From positions 1 through 62,152 of IMG/VR virus record IMGVR_UViG_3300035523_000151: a stretch of 62,152 nucleotides of DNA; one strand, 5' to 3'. The notes beneath the pieces are model-generated. The model did not search any database. It was not told the DNA's origin and was given only the letters and a program-made list of their open reading frames with translations. Of the stretch, positions 1-8,243 are shown in pieces (the stretch's first letter is position 1; each line of letters begins with the position of its first letter). This DNA comes from a virus (taxonomy: Duplodnaviria; Caudoviricetes). The position numbers and the translations under genes were made by a program.

Positions 1-1743
1 CTACTGGGCGTTGCGGGCTCCTCTCCCTGTGGCCGGGGCAAGGAGCCCCTTTTCGCGCAGCCGGTTGGCCATCCGTTTCAGCCCCATGTACGTTCGGCCC
101 AGCCGCCGGGCGATCTCCTGTTTGTCGGCCCAGGTGTAGGTCCGCTGGATGAACCGGATCTGTTTGTCGGTGAACATCGTGCCCTGGTAGTCGAGCTGGT
201 GGTACTCGGCACCGAAATACCAGCGCTCACCCAGCAGGCGGCCGGGCAACCGGACTCGATCCCCGAGCATGTCGAGGTGGACCGCCTGCCAGGTCACCGC
301 GATCCGCACTTCAAGTGCGGCGAGGACTGCCCGTTTTTCGCCGGTAGTGGTCGCCGTCTGAATGCTGCGCACGATTGTCCGGATATCACCGGCAGTCAGT
401 CGCTGGGGTACGGAGCGTTCCAGACCTGCCAGCCCCGTCTGAATCTCCGCTAGCTGCTCCGCATAGTCCCGGTTCTGCAGCCGGAACTGCTCTCGGGTGA
501 TCTCCCCGTCGTGCAGCAGCGTAAACAGTTGCCGGGTCAGGCTCTCGAGTTTTTGCCGGCGCTGCTCCAGTTCAGCCCGCTGGTGGGCGCCGTCGTTCCG
601 GGTCGGACGTTGTTCGACTGCCCTGATCAGGTCGTCCTGGCCATTGTGGCTCAAGGCGACGAGCACAGTCCAGACGGCCTCCTCCAGTTCGCCGGCGTGC
701 AGGGCCGGCATCGTGCAGCCATCCCGCAAAGTCTTCGGGTCTGCACACCAGTAATACCGGTCACTGCCGCGCCGCCCGTCGATCCAGCGCGTGGAGTGCT
801 GCGTCCACATCGGCCGGTTGCAGCAAGTGCATAGCACGTGGCCCCGGAGGAGGTGAGCGTCAACCCGGTCCAAGGCGGCGGACTTCCGGCCCTGGATGAC
901 CGTCTGTACCTGCGTCCACAGTTCGACCGGCACGATTGGCGCCCACTGACCGTCGTATACTTCTCCGTCGAAAGTGATCTGCCCGACGTAGGCCGAGTTG
1001 GTCAAGATCTTCCGGATGGTCGTTAAGGTCCATTCCTTGGCTGGATTGGCGCTGGGAATGCGCCGCTCCGTCAGGTAATCATGCACGGCCGCTATCGACC
1101 TGGTTGCTGCATAGGTCTCGTACATGGCCAGGAGGTGGCGGTGCGTCTCCGGGTCGGGCTCTAGCATGCCCTTGGCGTAGATCGTCCCGTATGGTGGCTT
1201 GCCTGGCGGGCGTTTGCCGCTTTTCGCCTTCGTGAGCCAGGTCTCCCAGATCTGCTCCGACAGCTCCTCGCTCTGATACTGGGCGAAGCTCGCCATGATG
1301 TTGCGGATTAGCCGGCCGGCCGGGGTGGATGTGTCGACCTGCTCCGTGACCGAGACAATGCCGCCGCCGCCGGCGGTCTCGACCAGGTCACAGATCTCCA
1401 GGAATTCACGTGCCCGGCGGGATAGCCGGTTGAACTTGAATACCACGACCTTGTTAATCTCGCCGCGCTTGACGGCATCCAACAGTCGCATCAGGCCCTT
1501 GCGCTTGGAGTAGTGCTGTCGGTAACCGCTTTCGTCCAGGTCGCTCTCCGTTATGACGACGTCCCAGCCCTGGGAGGCGCAATAGGACCGGGCGCGGTCC
1601 TCCTGCGTCTCCGGGCTGACAATCTCATCAGCCATGGCCCGGCCGCCGCTTGTGTGCTTTCGCTTATCCAGGCTGACCCGGACGTAGAGCCCCGCCCGGC
1701 CGTCCTGCTCCTCGGTTTGCCGGCGTTGCTGCCGCTTACCCAT
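1..1743 (-). CDS. Large serine recombinase (phage integrase) with a C-terminal HTH-like extension
   Basis: N-terminal resolvase motif YVRVS (catalytic Ser), DESG, VVVFKFNRLSR, recombinase domain (PYG..., ILTNSAYVG), Zn ribbon CTCC...YYWC...C, and a coiled coil. Confidence 0.95.
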   Translation of the reverse strand: MGKRQQRRQTEEQDGRAGLYVRVSLDKRKHTSGGRAMADEIVSPETQEDRARSYCASQGWDVVITESDLDESGYRQHYSKRKGLMRLLDAVKRGEINKVVVFKFNRLSRRAREFLEICDLVETAGGGGIVSVTEQVDTSTPAGRLIRNIMASFAQYQSEELSEQIWETWLTKAKSGKRPPGKPPYGTIYAKGMLEPDPETHRHLLAMYETYAATRSIAAVHDYLTERRIPSANPAKEWTLTTIRKILTNSAYVGQITFDGEVYDGQWAPIVPVELWTQVQTVIQGRKSAALDRVDAHLLRGHVLCTCCNRPMWTQHSTRWIDGRRGSDRYYWCADPKTLRDGCTMPALHAGELEEAVWTVLVALSHNGQDDLIRAVEQRPTRNDGAHQRAELEQRRQKLESLTRQLFTLLHDGEITREQFRLQNRDYAEQLAEIQTGLAGLERSVPQRLTAGDIRTIVRSIQTATTTGEKRAVLAALEVRIAVTWQAVHLDMLGDRVRLPGRLLGERWYFGAEYHQLDYQGTMFTDKQIRFIQRTYTWADKQEIARRLGRTYMGLKRMANRLREKGLLAPATGRGARNAQ

Positions 1744-1818
1744 GGCGCTCCCCCTGTGGTTTGGATTGTCAAAGACTAGTATACCATGGCGGCAACAGGG
1801 TAACGAATCGGAAAAGCG

Positions 1819-1846
1819 AAACCCCGCCGGGTGAGGGCGGGGTTTT
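1819..1846. terminator. Intrinsic terminator between the XRE gene and the integrase
   Basis: AAACCCCGCC-gggtgag-GGCGGGGTTT hairpin with A/T tails on both sides. Confidence 0.7.
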
Positions 1847-2072
1847 ATTCTCGATCTGGCACGTCCAGCAGCTCCGTAATCGCCACGCCGAGCACCCGGG
1901 CGTAGCTCACCAGTTCAGCGACTGACACATCCCGAATGCCGTTTTCAATCTCCGCCTGGCGCGGCTGGGTCAGCGTGCCATGCCCTCGCACTTGCATGCG
2001 GGCGACCAGTTGCTCCTGCGTCAGGTCCAGGAGCTTGCGGTAATCACGGATACGGGTTCCCAGGTTGGACAT
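1845..2072 (-). CDS. XRE-family HTH regulator (75 aa)
   Basis: LGTRIRDYRKLLDLTQEQL...IENGIRDVSVAELVSYARVLGV; ATG at 2072 preceded by GGAGG. Confidence 0.85.
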   Translation of the reverse strand: MSNLGTRIRDYRKLLDLTQEQLVARMQVRGHGTLTQPRQAEIENGIRDVSVAELVSYARVLGVAITELLDVPDRE

Positions 2073-2129
2073 GGCCGGCGCCTCCCGAGTCAGAACTCGG
2101 GTCCATGTTACCAACCCAGGAGGATATGG

Positions 2130-2158
2130 ATATACGATTATCGTATATTAGCTGTCAA
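2130..2158 (-). promoter_or_regulatory. Leftward promoter of the XRE gene with a perfect palindromic operator
   Basis: TTGACA on the minus strand (2158-2153); perfect 9-1-9 palindrome ATATACGAT-T-ATCGTATAT at 2130-2148 covering the spacer and -10. Confidence 0.65.
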
Positions 2159-2170
2159 TTTGCGGCGGCC

Positions 2171-2190
2171 TTGTCGAAAACGGTCGACAA
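2171..2190. promoter_or_regulatory. Inverted pair of Spo0A-box-like sites
   Basis: TTGTCGA-aaacgg-TCGACAA; TGTCGAA at 2172-2178 matches the 0A consensus TGNCGAA. Confidence 0.45.
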
Positions 2191-2217
2191 ACAGCAGACG
2201 ATAATTTCAAGCTATGG

Positions 2218-2245
2218 GCAGGAAATGTTTAGGCAGTCGCGGAAT
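2218..2245 (+). promoter_or_regulatory. Sigma-H-type promoter upstream of TPR cassette 1
   Basis: GCAGGAAAT-N12-GCGGAAT fits the B. subtilis sigmaH consensus RNAGGAWWW-N11/12-RNNGAAT. Confidence 0.55.
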
Positions 2246-2320
2246 CTGGATAATAGTCAAACTGCGCGATGATACGGGAAACGCAAACGGCCGCCAGGGG
2301 GAGGGCGGTCAAAGTTATTA

Positions 2321-2349
2321 TTGACGGTCTATCGACAGTCCGATATGCT
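2321..2349 (+). promoter_or_regulatory. SigmaA-type promoter of TPR cassette 1 with operator TATC-N8-GATA
   Basis: TTGACG-N17-TATGCT; operator TATCGACAGTCCGATA at 2330-2345. Confidence 0.7.
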
Positions 2350-2391
2350 AACGGTGAACGATATCCGGTTATCAATAGGGGAGTAGCGCAC

Positions 2392-3249
2392 ATGTCCAGT
2401 CTAGCGGAATTGTTGTGCTCTCAGGACTATCAGCAGCGAGTCGACACATGCCTGGAGGTCTTGGACGGTCGCCGTTCGGATCTCTCGCTTCGCGATTTGT
2501 CTGCGGAGGAATCTGCGCACATCCGTTATTTTCTGGCACATGCCTACCGGCAGTTGAATCGGCCGGCAGAGGCGTTGATGGTTTGCAATGAGGCTCTCCC
2601 CGACACCGTGTCTGTTCGGTGGCGCTCCATGATGCTGGAGTGTCGCGCCATGAGTCTGTATGATCTGGGGCGCCTGGACGAGATCCCCGGAGTGGTTGCC
2701 GAAGCCGAGCGGCTGGATTTGCCGGTGACGGTGAAAGGGCACCTGCTGGGGCTCCAAGGGTGCCTGTTGAGCCGCCAATTAGATCCAGCCGCCTTTTCCA
2801 CTTTTCAGGCAGCGGAAGATTTGTTCACGGATGCCAATCACGCCTATGGCGCCTCATGGGTGCAACGATCGGCGGCGGCCCTGGCCATCAAATTGAGCGG
2901 CCTGGACCGGGCTGATGAACTATTGTGCCGGGTGACGTTCCCGATGGTACTGCCAGAGGTCAGGCTGTTGCAAGCTCAGGTTCTGTATCTGCGTGGCCTC
3001 AAGTCAGAAAGCGCCGACCTGGTCAATCAGGTTATTTCCGGTTGCTGGGGCGAGCCAGCCGTCATTGATCGTGCCCGAGCGCACTACTTGCAGGCTGTGC
3101 GATTGGCCGATAATGGTCTGCTGGTTCAGGCCAGCGAGCAGGTCTATCAGGCGTTTGAGGAGCTCCGACTGCAACAGCGTTATGAGATTGACCTGACCGA
3201 CGCGTTAAATGCGCTGCGGTTCAAAATACGAAACTGGGGGGTTGCTTGA
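2392..3249 (+). CDS. TPR-repeat protein, putative RRNPP-like peptide receptor 1 (285 aa, no obvious HTH)
   Basis: All-helical TPR-like patterns (YFLAHAYRQLNRPAEAL, RAMSLYDLGRLDE, RARAHYLQA); RBS GGGGAG before ATG 2392; immediately followed by a small secreted-peptide gene. Confidence 0.7.
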   Translation: MSSLAELLCSQDYQQRVDTCLEVLDGRRSDLSLRDLSAEESAHIRYFLAHAYRQLNRPAEALMVCNEALPDTVSVRWRSMMLECRAMSLYDLGRLDEIPGVVAEAERLDLPVTVKGHLLGLQGCLLSRQLDPAAFSTFQAAEDLFTDANHAYGASWVQRSAAALAIKLSGLDRADELLCRVTFPMVLPEVRLLQAQVLYLRGLKSESADLVNQVISGCWGEPAVIDRARAHYLQAVRLADNGLLVQASEQVYQAFEELRLQQRYEIDLTDALNALRFKIRNWGVA

Positions 3250-3399
3250 ATGCGTTCGAAATGGTTTGTGATGGGAATCGCGGTATTGCTGGTGGCCTTG
3301 GCAATGTTCCTGCTTCCGGGCGTCACAGGTGCATGTACCGGTTCTAGCGGCGGCTCCGATCCCTGCCCGGACAGCGTTGTAATCTGGCCGCTCAAATAA
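3250..3399 (+). CDS. Small secreted propeptide 1 (49 aa): MRSKWFVMGIAVLLVALAMFLLPGVTGA-CTGSSGGSDPCPDSVVIWPLK
   Basis: Translated by hand; ATG directly after the TPR stop (TGA-ATG); basic n-region, hydrophobic h-region, TGA cleavage-like site; followed by a terminator. Confidence 0.75.
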   Translation: MRSKWFVMGIAVLLVALAMFLLPGVTGACTGSSGGSDPCPDSVVIWPLK

Positions 3400-3415
3400 G
3401 CAGTAGAGCGTATAG

Positions 3416-3443
3416 AAACCCCCGGTCAATCGACCGGGGGTTT
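3416..3443. terminator. Bidirectional terminator between peptide 1 and the repressor
   Basis: AAACCCCCGGTC-aatc-GACCGGGGGTTT perfect hairpin. Confidence 0.8.
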
Positions 3444-4094
3444 GCTATTGCTATTTCGTACGCCTAGCAGGACATCCATTTGCCGTTCCAAGAGTTCTGG
3501 CAGCAGTCGATTGTCAATTGCTCTGACGATGACCGCCAGGTAAGCGCCGGCCTCTGAATGTTCCAGTAGGCGTCTGAGATTTTCATCCGTGGGGCCTGGG
3601 TCGCCACGCAGCAGAAACTGCACTGGCACCTGGGCTCTTTCGTTCAGTTGGGTTAGTAGCCAAGGAGAGACATCGCTGCCGCTCAGTAGGGCGGTGATGT
3701 GTTCCTCGGTCGTTTGCAGTCGGGCGGCGATTGCCGACGCCGAGAACGCGGTAACCAACTGCTGCAAACACCAAACCGCCCGAGGGCGAGCCTCGAACTC
3801 CTGCAACTCCAGGATCTCGCCGGGCTTCAGTGTGCCAAAACGAGCACGCCAGAACCAATTCAAAGAGTCCGCCGGGCCAGCATCAGCGGGTGAATCATCG
3901 GCCGTCAAGGTGGCGAGGTCAACGCTTAATGCCCGGGCGATCTTGCTGAGAAGATCCAAACCGGGCTTGCTGACTCCGCCTTCGATTTCGCTTAGTCGCC
4001 CCTGCGAAATGCCTGCTGCTTTTGCCAAGGCGTTTTGGGATTTGAACCCCTTAACGACCCGCAAGGTGGCGATGCGTTGACCGATATTGCTCAT
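3426..4094 (-). CDS. Probable CI-like immunity repressor (N-terminal XRE HTH, second degenerate HTH, no S24 peptidase domain)
   Basis: IGQRIATLR...SQNALAKAAGISQGRLSEIEGG...LSKIARALSV; divergent from the early operon. Confidence 0.8.
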   Translation of the reverse strand: MSNIGQRIATLRVVKGFKSQNALAKAAGISQGRLSEIEGGVSKPGLDLLSKIARALSVDLATLTADDSPADAGPADSLNWFWRARFGTLKPGEILELQEFEARPRAVWCLQQLVTAFSASAIAARLQTTEEHITALLSGSDVSPWLLTQLNERAQVPVQFLLRGDPGPTDENLRRLLEHSEAGAYLAVIVRAIDNRLLPELLERQMDVLLGVRNSNSKPPVD

Positions 4095-4143
4095 CTGGAG
4101 GCCCCCAATCGAGTGCTGAGGTGAGTGTAGCACATTCCAGACT

Positions 4144-4159
4144 TATCGACAATCAGATA
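4144..4159. promoter_or_regulatory. Operator copy TATCGACAATCAGATA upstream of the repressor
   Basis: Matches the TATCGACAnTCnGATA copies at 2330 and 4232 (inverted). Confidence 0.65.
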
Positions 4160-4222
4160 GCCGCAGGAATCATTTGAGCTTGATCAATAACCACCAGGAA
4201 TCAAAAATCGGATAATAAACAG

Positions 4223-4251
4223 TTGAATTCCTATCCGAATGTCGATAAAAT
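4223..4251 (+). promoter_or_regulatory. Main early (PR-like) promoter with overlapping operator
   Basis: TTGAAT-N17-TAAAAT; operator TATCCGAATGTCGATA at 4232-4247. Confidence 0.7.
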
Positions 4252-4290
4252 GTGACTCAGAAACGGATAAGCCGGTCGGAGGTGACCCCG

Positions 4291-4482
4291 ATGCAGAATA
4301 ACCAGTTTCCGTTCCGACAGATCAACGATCTGCTGGCACAGGCCCATCAGGCCGCAGTCACCGTCGGCGATAAAGCTTTGGCTCTATCGATCCAGCGGGC
4401 ATGGGATAAGGCGGCCGATGCGGCTCGGGCGGAGGAGCAGCTGGCCGGGATCGCCCCAGATCAAGATGACCAGGCCGCCTAG
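4291..4482 (+). CDS. Hypothetical protein, first early gene
   Basis: GGAGGTG RBS before ATG; no HTH recognisable. Confidence 0.6.
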   Translation: MQNNQFPFRQINDLLAQAHQAAVTVGDKALALSIQRAWDKAADAARAEEQLAGIAPDQDDQAA

Positions 4483-4609
4483 GAGGTGCCTTGCGTGGAG
4501 CAAGATGATCGGCTTGCCTCTCGCATCGGAGCGGCAATTCTCGGGCGCACTGTCCCGCCTGACAGCGGACAGGCCCGTTCCGCATACGATGCCGCAGGAG
4601 GTGACCCTG

Positions 4610-4801
4610 GTGGGACAGACATACACGATGTTGGACCTGCGCCTCGGTCTCGTGCGGCATACGCCGGAGTGGCAGGCCGAGTTCAACCGGCGGGTTATCC
4701 CGATCCTGGTCCCGGTCGTGCGCCGGGAAATGGCCCGGGTGCTCGCTGAACGGTCCGCTCAGGCGGCTGCGGTAGCCCAACGTCCCGCAAGTGGTGAGTA
4801 A
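4610..4801 (+). CDS. Hypothetical protein
   Basis: AGGAGG RBS before GTG 4610 within ORF 4418-4801; start uncertain. Confidence 0.45.
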   Translation: MGQTYTMLDLRLGLVRHTPEWQAEFNRRVIPILVPVVRREMARVLAERSAQAAAVAQRPASGE

Positions 4802-4860
4802 CCACCCGGCCCCGCCGGGTGTGGACAGGCCCCAATCAAACCCTGAGGAGGTTTTGCACC

Positions 4861-5121
4861 ATGACCCAGAACCTCGTGATCCGGTTCCCGTTCCCGCTGC
4901 GGCGGGTGGACGAAGACGCCATCGACCAGCTCCAGCGTGAGTTCCAGGAGACGGCCGCCGCCGCCCGTATCGGCCCCGAGGGTGAGCCGCAGGTGCGGAC
5001 CTCCAGTGGGGAGGTCTACAACCTGACCGCCCTGCCGAAGTTCCAGGCCCGCCGCCTGGCCCGTACCATCACCCTGCAGCCTCTGCCGCCCGCCGGAGCC
5101 ATGGCGCTCCGGGCGGCGTAG
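4861..5121 (+). CDS. Hypothetical protein
   Basis: GAGGAGG RBS, ATG 4861. Confidence 0.6.
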   Translation: MTQNLVIRFPFPLRRVDEDAIDQLQREFQETAAAARIGPEGEPQVRTSSGEVYNLTALPKFQARRLARTITLQPLPPAGAMALRAA

Positions 5122-5124
5122 GGG

Positions 5125-5472
5125 GTGGGGAGGATGAACACCACCGCGAACCCCGCTCCGGTGAAACCGGCGTTCGGCCCGGCTCAGGCTCACGTTCTGG
5201 CCGCTGCGCTGGAGACGTTTGGCAAGATGCTGGATAGCGAAGTGATCCGAGCCGAGCTGTTCTATTACGGCAATTCTCGGGTGCACATGGGCAACGCCGG
5301 ATTCCGGCGGTTGTTCACCACGTACTGGCTGGAAGATCGCGGCCGTGGGTCGTATCCCTTCCAGGCATGTGCGCAGATTGGCCGCACCGTGTTCTACGCC
5401 CTGATCGAAGCCGACCAGGTACCTGAATGGCGGGCAGCAGCTTCGCCTGCACCCCAGGAGGCCACGGCATGA
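5125..5472 (+). CDS. Hypothetical protein
   Basis: Operon context; stop overlaps the next ATG. Confidence 0.55.
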   Translation: MGRMNTTANPAPVKPAFGPAQAHVLAAALETFGKMLDSEVIRAELFYYGNSRVHMGNAGFRRLFTTYWLEDRGRGSYPFQACAQIGRTVFYALIEADQVPEWRAAASPAPQEATA

Positions 5473-6515
5473 ACCTGATCTACATCACCGATACCCAGTG
5501 GCGGGGCACGTCGCCCCGCTCCCGACTGGACAACCTCCCGGCGACCCAGATCCTGAAGCTCCGCGAAACGCTGCGACTGGCCCGGGCGCACCGGGCCGCC
5601 GCCATCCTGCACGGCGGGGACCTGTTCGACCGGCCCGATACCGCCCCGGCCGTGGTGCTGGAGTACATGCAGGTTATCCGGGAAGAGGCGCCCTGCCCGA
5701 TCCTGGCCATCGCCGGGAACCATGACATCTTCGGCTACAACCCCAGTACGCTGCCGCAGACCATGCTGGGCTTGATGAACGGCGCCGGCCTGGTGCATGT
5801 GATTCAGCCCGGACACCCTCGGCTCCTGGAGCAAAACGGCCTGACCGTCCAGGTGACCGGCCAGCCGTTTCACGCCGAACTGGACCGCCGGGACCCGATG
5901 CTCGACTACATCGTCCACCCCGCCGACGACCCGTGCGACGCCCTGCACCGCCGGCAGTCCGGCACTGACTTCGCCATCCACCTGACCCACGGCATGCTCC
6001 TCGAAAAGCCCTTCCTGGATGGTGTCGCCCATACGCTGCTCTCCGATGTCTACAGCCCGGCCGTGACCCTGGCCGATGTGACATTCGGCGCTCACTATCA
6101 TCCGGGTTGGAGTCGGATTTACACCGACCGGCACGGCATGACCTGGTGCAACCCCGGCGCCCTCTCCCGGATGACCAACGACGTGAGCGACATGACCCGG
6201 CCGATTCAGGCCGTGCTGGTGACGCTCGAAAAGGGTCATACGCCCCGGCTGGAGTTCATCCCGCTGGAGTCTGCCCGGCCCGCCGACGAAGTCATCGACC
6301 GGACGATCCCGGCCGCCGAACTGGCCCGTGAGCAGGCCCAGCAGGATGTGCTGAACGGTCTCGGCGACACCAGCCGCCTGCAGGTGGTGGCCGTGGAGGC
6401 GATGCTGAACGAGATCGCCGGCAGCACCGGCGTCGCCCCGGAGGTTCGGGAAGAAGCGCTGAAACGCCTGGCCATCGCTCAGGCAGAGGCAGCGCGACGG
6501 GAGGCGGCAGCATGA
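5469..6515 (+). CDS. sbcD: SbcD/Mre11-like metallophosphoesterase nuclease
   Basis: TDTQ, GGDLFD, AGNHD, THG, GAHYH and NPGAL phosphoesterase motifs. Confidence 0.85.
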   Translation: MNLIYITDTQWRGTSPRSRLDNLPATQILKLRETLRLARAHRAAAILHGGDLFDRPDTAPAVVLEYMQVIREEAPCPILAIAGNHDIFGYNPSTLPQTMLGLMNGAGLVHVIQPGHPRLLEQNGLTVQVTGQPFHAELDRRDPMLDYIVHPADDPCDALHRRQSGTDFAIHLTHGMLLEKPFLDGVAHTLLSDVYSPAVTLADVTFGAHYHPGWSRIYTDRHGMTWCNPGALSRMTNDVSDMTRPIQAVLVTLEKGHTPRLEFIPLESARPADEVIDRTIPAAELAREQAQQDVLNGLGDTSRLQVVAVEAMLNEIAGSTGVAPEVREEALKRLAIAQAEAARREAAA

Positions 6516-7993
6516 AGCACATCGCCAAGTTGCGCCTGGAGAACTTCCAGAGCCACGTTGATTCGACGCTGGAGTTCAGCCCCGGCCTGAACATCCTGAC
6601 CGGCGAGAGCAACCACGGCAAATCGGCCGTGCTCCGGGCCCTGTACTGGCTCCTGTACAACCGGCCACAGGGCGTCGACCATGTCCGCTATGGCTGCCGG
6701 GAGTGCCGCGTGACGGTGACCATGAGCGACGGCGCTGAGATCGTCCGGGAACTGCGGCTGGCACCGAACGGCGCCGCCGCCCGGAACCGCTACACAGTCA
6801 CTCAGCCCGGCGGTGAACCGCAGGTATTCGAGGGGTTCGGCCAGCAGGGGATTCCGCAGCAGGTGACCCAGGCGCACGGCATGCCTATCGTGGCGCTGGA
6901 TGACGATCGGAAGCTGTCGCTCTCGTTCGGGTCGCAGCTCGAAGGCCCGTTTCTGCTCACCGAAACGGGCAGCATGCGAGCGGCGGCAATTGGCCGGTTG
7001 CTCGGGGCTCATGTGGTGGACGCCGCAATCCGAGACCTGCAGCAGGATCTGCAGCGAAACGGCGAGGCTGTCGCCACGCTGGAGGCCGACCTGACTGGCT
7101 ACGACGCCAAACTGGAGCCTTTCGCTGATCTGCCGCAGCAGGCGGCCCAACTGGAGGCGGCGGCGCAGATCATCGCAGCGATCCCGGCCCTGCAGCAGCG
7201 GGTCGACCAACTGCAGGGATTCCGGACCCGGCGAGATCAGATCGCCGCTGACGGAGCAGCGATCGCCGCCACCCTGACCGCACTGGCCGGCATCGATATG
7301 GCCGCCCTGCACCTGGCGCAAGCCAGGACGGCGCACGGTCGGGTGACGCTGCTCGGCACCTTCCGGGACCGCCGCCAGGTCATTCAGACCACGGCTGACC
7401 GCATCGCCGCCGTTCTGGCAGAGACGGCCGGCGTCGAAGCGGCGCAGGCGCACTTGACCGCCGCCCGAGTTGCCGAAGAACGGCGCAAGCAACTCGCCCC
7501 GTTGGTGTTCGAGACCGAACGCCTGCGACTGGCCAGGCTCAATATTGCGGACGCCCTGACTCAGACCGCCGGTGTGCCGGAGGCCGCCCAGGCCCTGACG
7601 GCCGCTCAGGCCGCCCACACCCGCATTCAGAACCTGGCCCCTCTCCGGGAGCGCCGGGACCGCATCCAGGCCGAGCGGGTCCGGATTGACCGGGCACTGG
7701 CCGAGACCGCCGGTGCCGAAGCCGCCGCAGTCACCCTCACGGCCGCCCGGCAGGTCCAGGACCGCATGAACCTCCTGGCCGGGCTCCGGGTGCGCCGGGA
7801 AACCCTCGCCGTGCAGCGCCAGCAAACCGAGGCGATCATCACACGGGCCAATGTCGACCTGGACACCCTGACCGCCGAATACGCTCAGACCCTGGTCGAA
7901 GCGAGAATCTGCCCGACCTGCGGGCAGTCAATTTCAGAAGCCGCGGCCGATGTCGCCGCCAATCGCAAAGGAGGACACGCCCATGCCGCTTGA
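6512..7993 (+). CDS. SbcC/Rad50-like ATPase, N-terminal half (Walker A, coiled coil, Zn hook)
   Basis: LENFQSH, GESNHGKS Walker A, Q-loop region, repeated coiled coil, C-terminal CPTCG. Confidence 0.85.
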   Translation: MKHIAKLRLENFQSHVDSTLEFSPGLNILTGESNHGKSAVLRALYWLLYNRPQGVDHVRYGCRECRVTVTMSDGAEIVRELRLAPNGAAARNRYTVTQPGGEPQVFEGFGQQGIPQQVTQAHGMPIVALDDDRKLSLSFGSQLEGPFLLTETGSMRAAAIGRLLGAHVVDAAIRDLQQDLQRNGEAVATLEADLTGYDAKLEPFADLPQQAAQLEAAAQIIAAIPALQQRVDQLQGFRTRRDQIAADGAAIAATLTALAGIDMAALHLAQARTAHGRVTLLGTFRDRRQVIQTTADRIAAVLAETAGVEAAQAHLTAARVAEERRKQLAPLVFETERLRLARLNIADALTQTAGVPEAAQALTAAQAAHTRIQNLAPLRERRDRIQAERVRIDRALAETAGAEAAAVTLTAARQVQDRMNLLAGLRVRRETLAVQRQQTEAIITRANVDLDTLTAEYAQTLVEARICPTCGQSISEAAADVAANRKGGHAHAA

Positions 7994-8240
7994 TGCAGCG
8001 ACCCGGATTGCCGAGTTGGAGAAAGCCATCGGTGCCAAACGCACGCTCCGTGATACGACACTCGGTCAGCAGACCGCGAACCAGACTGCCGCCGACCAAC
8101 TCGCCACAGACCTGACCGCCGCCGGCGTCACCGCCGAGACCCTGGACGAACAGTATCGGCAGGCCCAGGAAGACCGGGACAGTCAGATCATCGCCGGTGA
8201 GGCCGCCCTCAACCCGCCCGCCGTCCCTCAGGAGGCGTAA
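7983..8240 (+). CDS. Small coiled-coil protein between the SbcC halves
   Basis: AAGGAGG RBS; heptad-like sequence. Confidence 0.65.
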   Translation: MPLDAATRIAELEKAIGAKRTLRDTTLGQQTANQTAADQLATDLTAAGVTAETLDEQYRQAQEDRDSQIIAGEAALNPPAVPQEA

Positions 8241-8243
8241 GCG

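Noticed and set aside
3250-3399. Peptide 1 as a lipoprotein (TGA-C)
   Set aside because: Position -3 is Thr rather than the canonical L/V/I and the mature part is only 21 aa; disfavoured but not excluded without SignalP.
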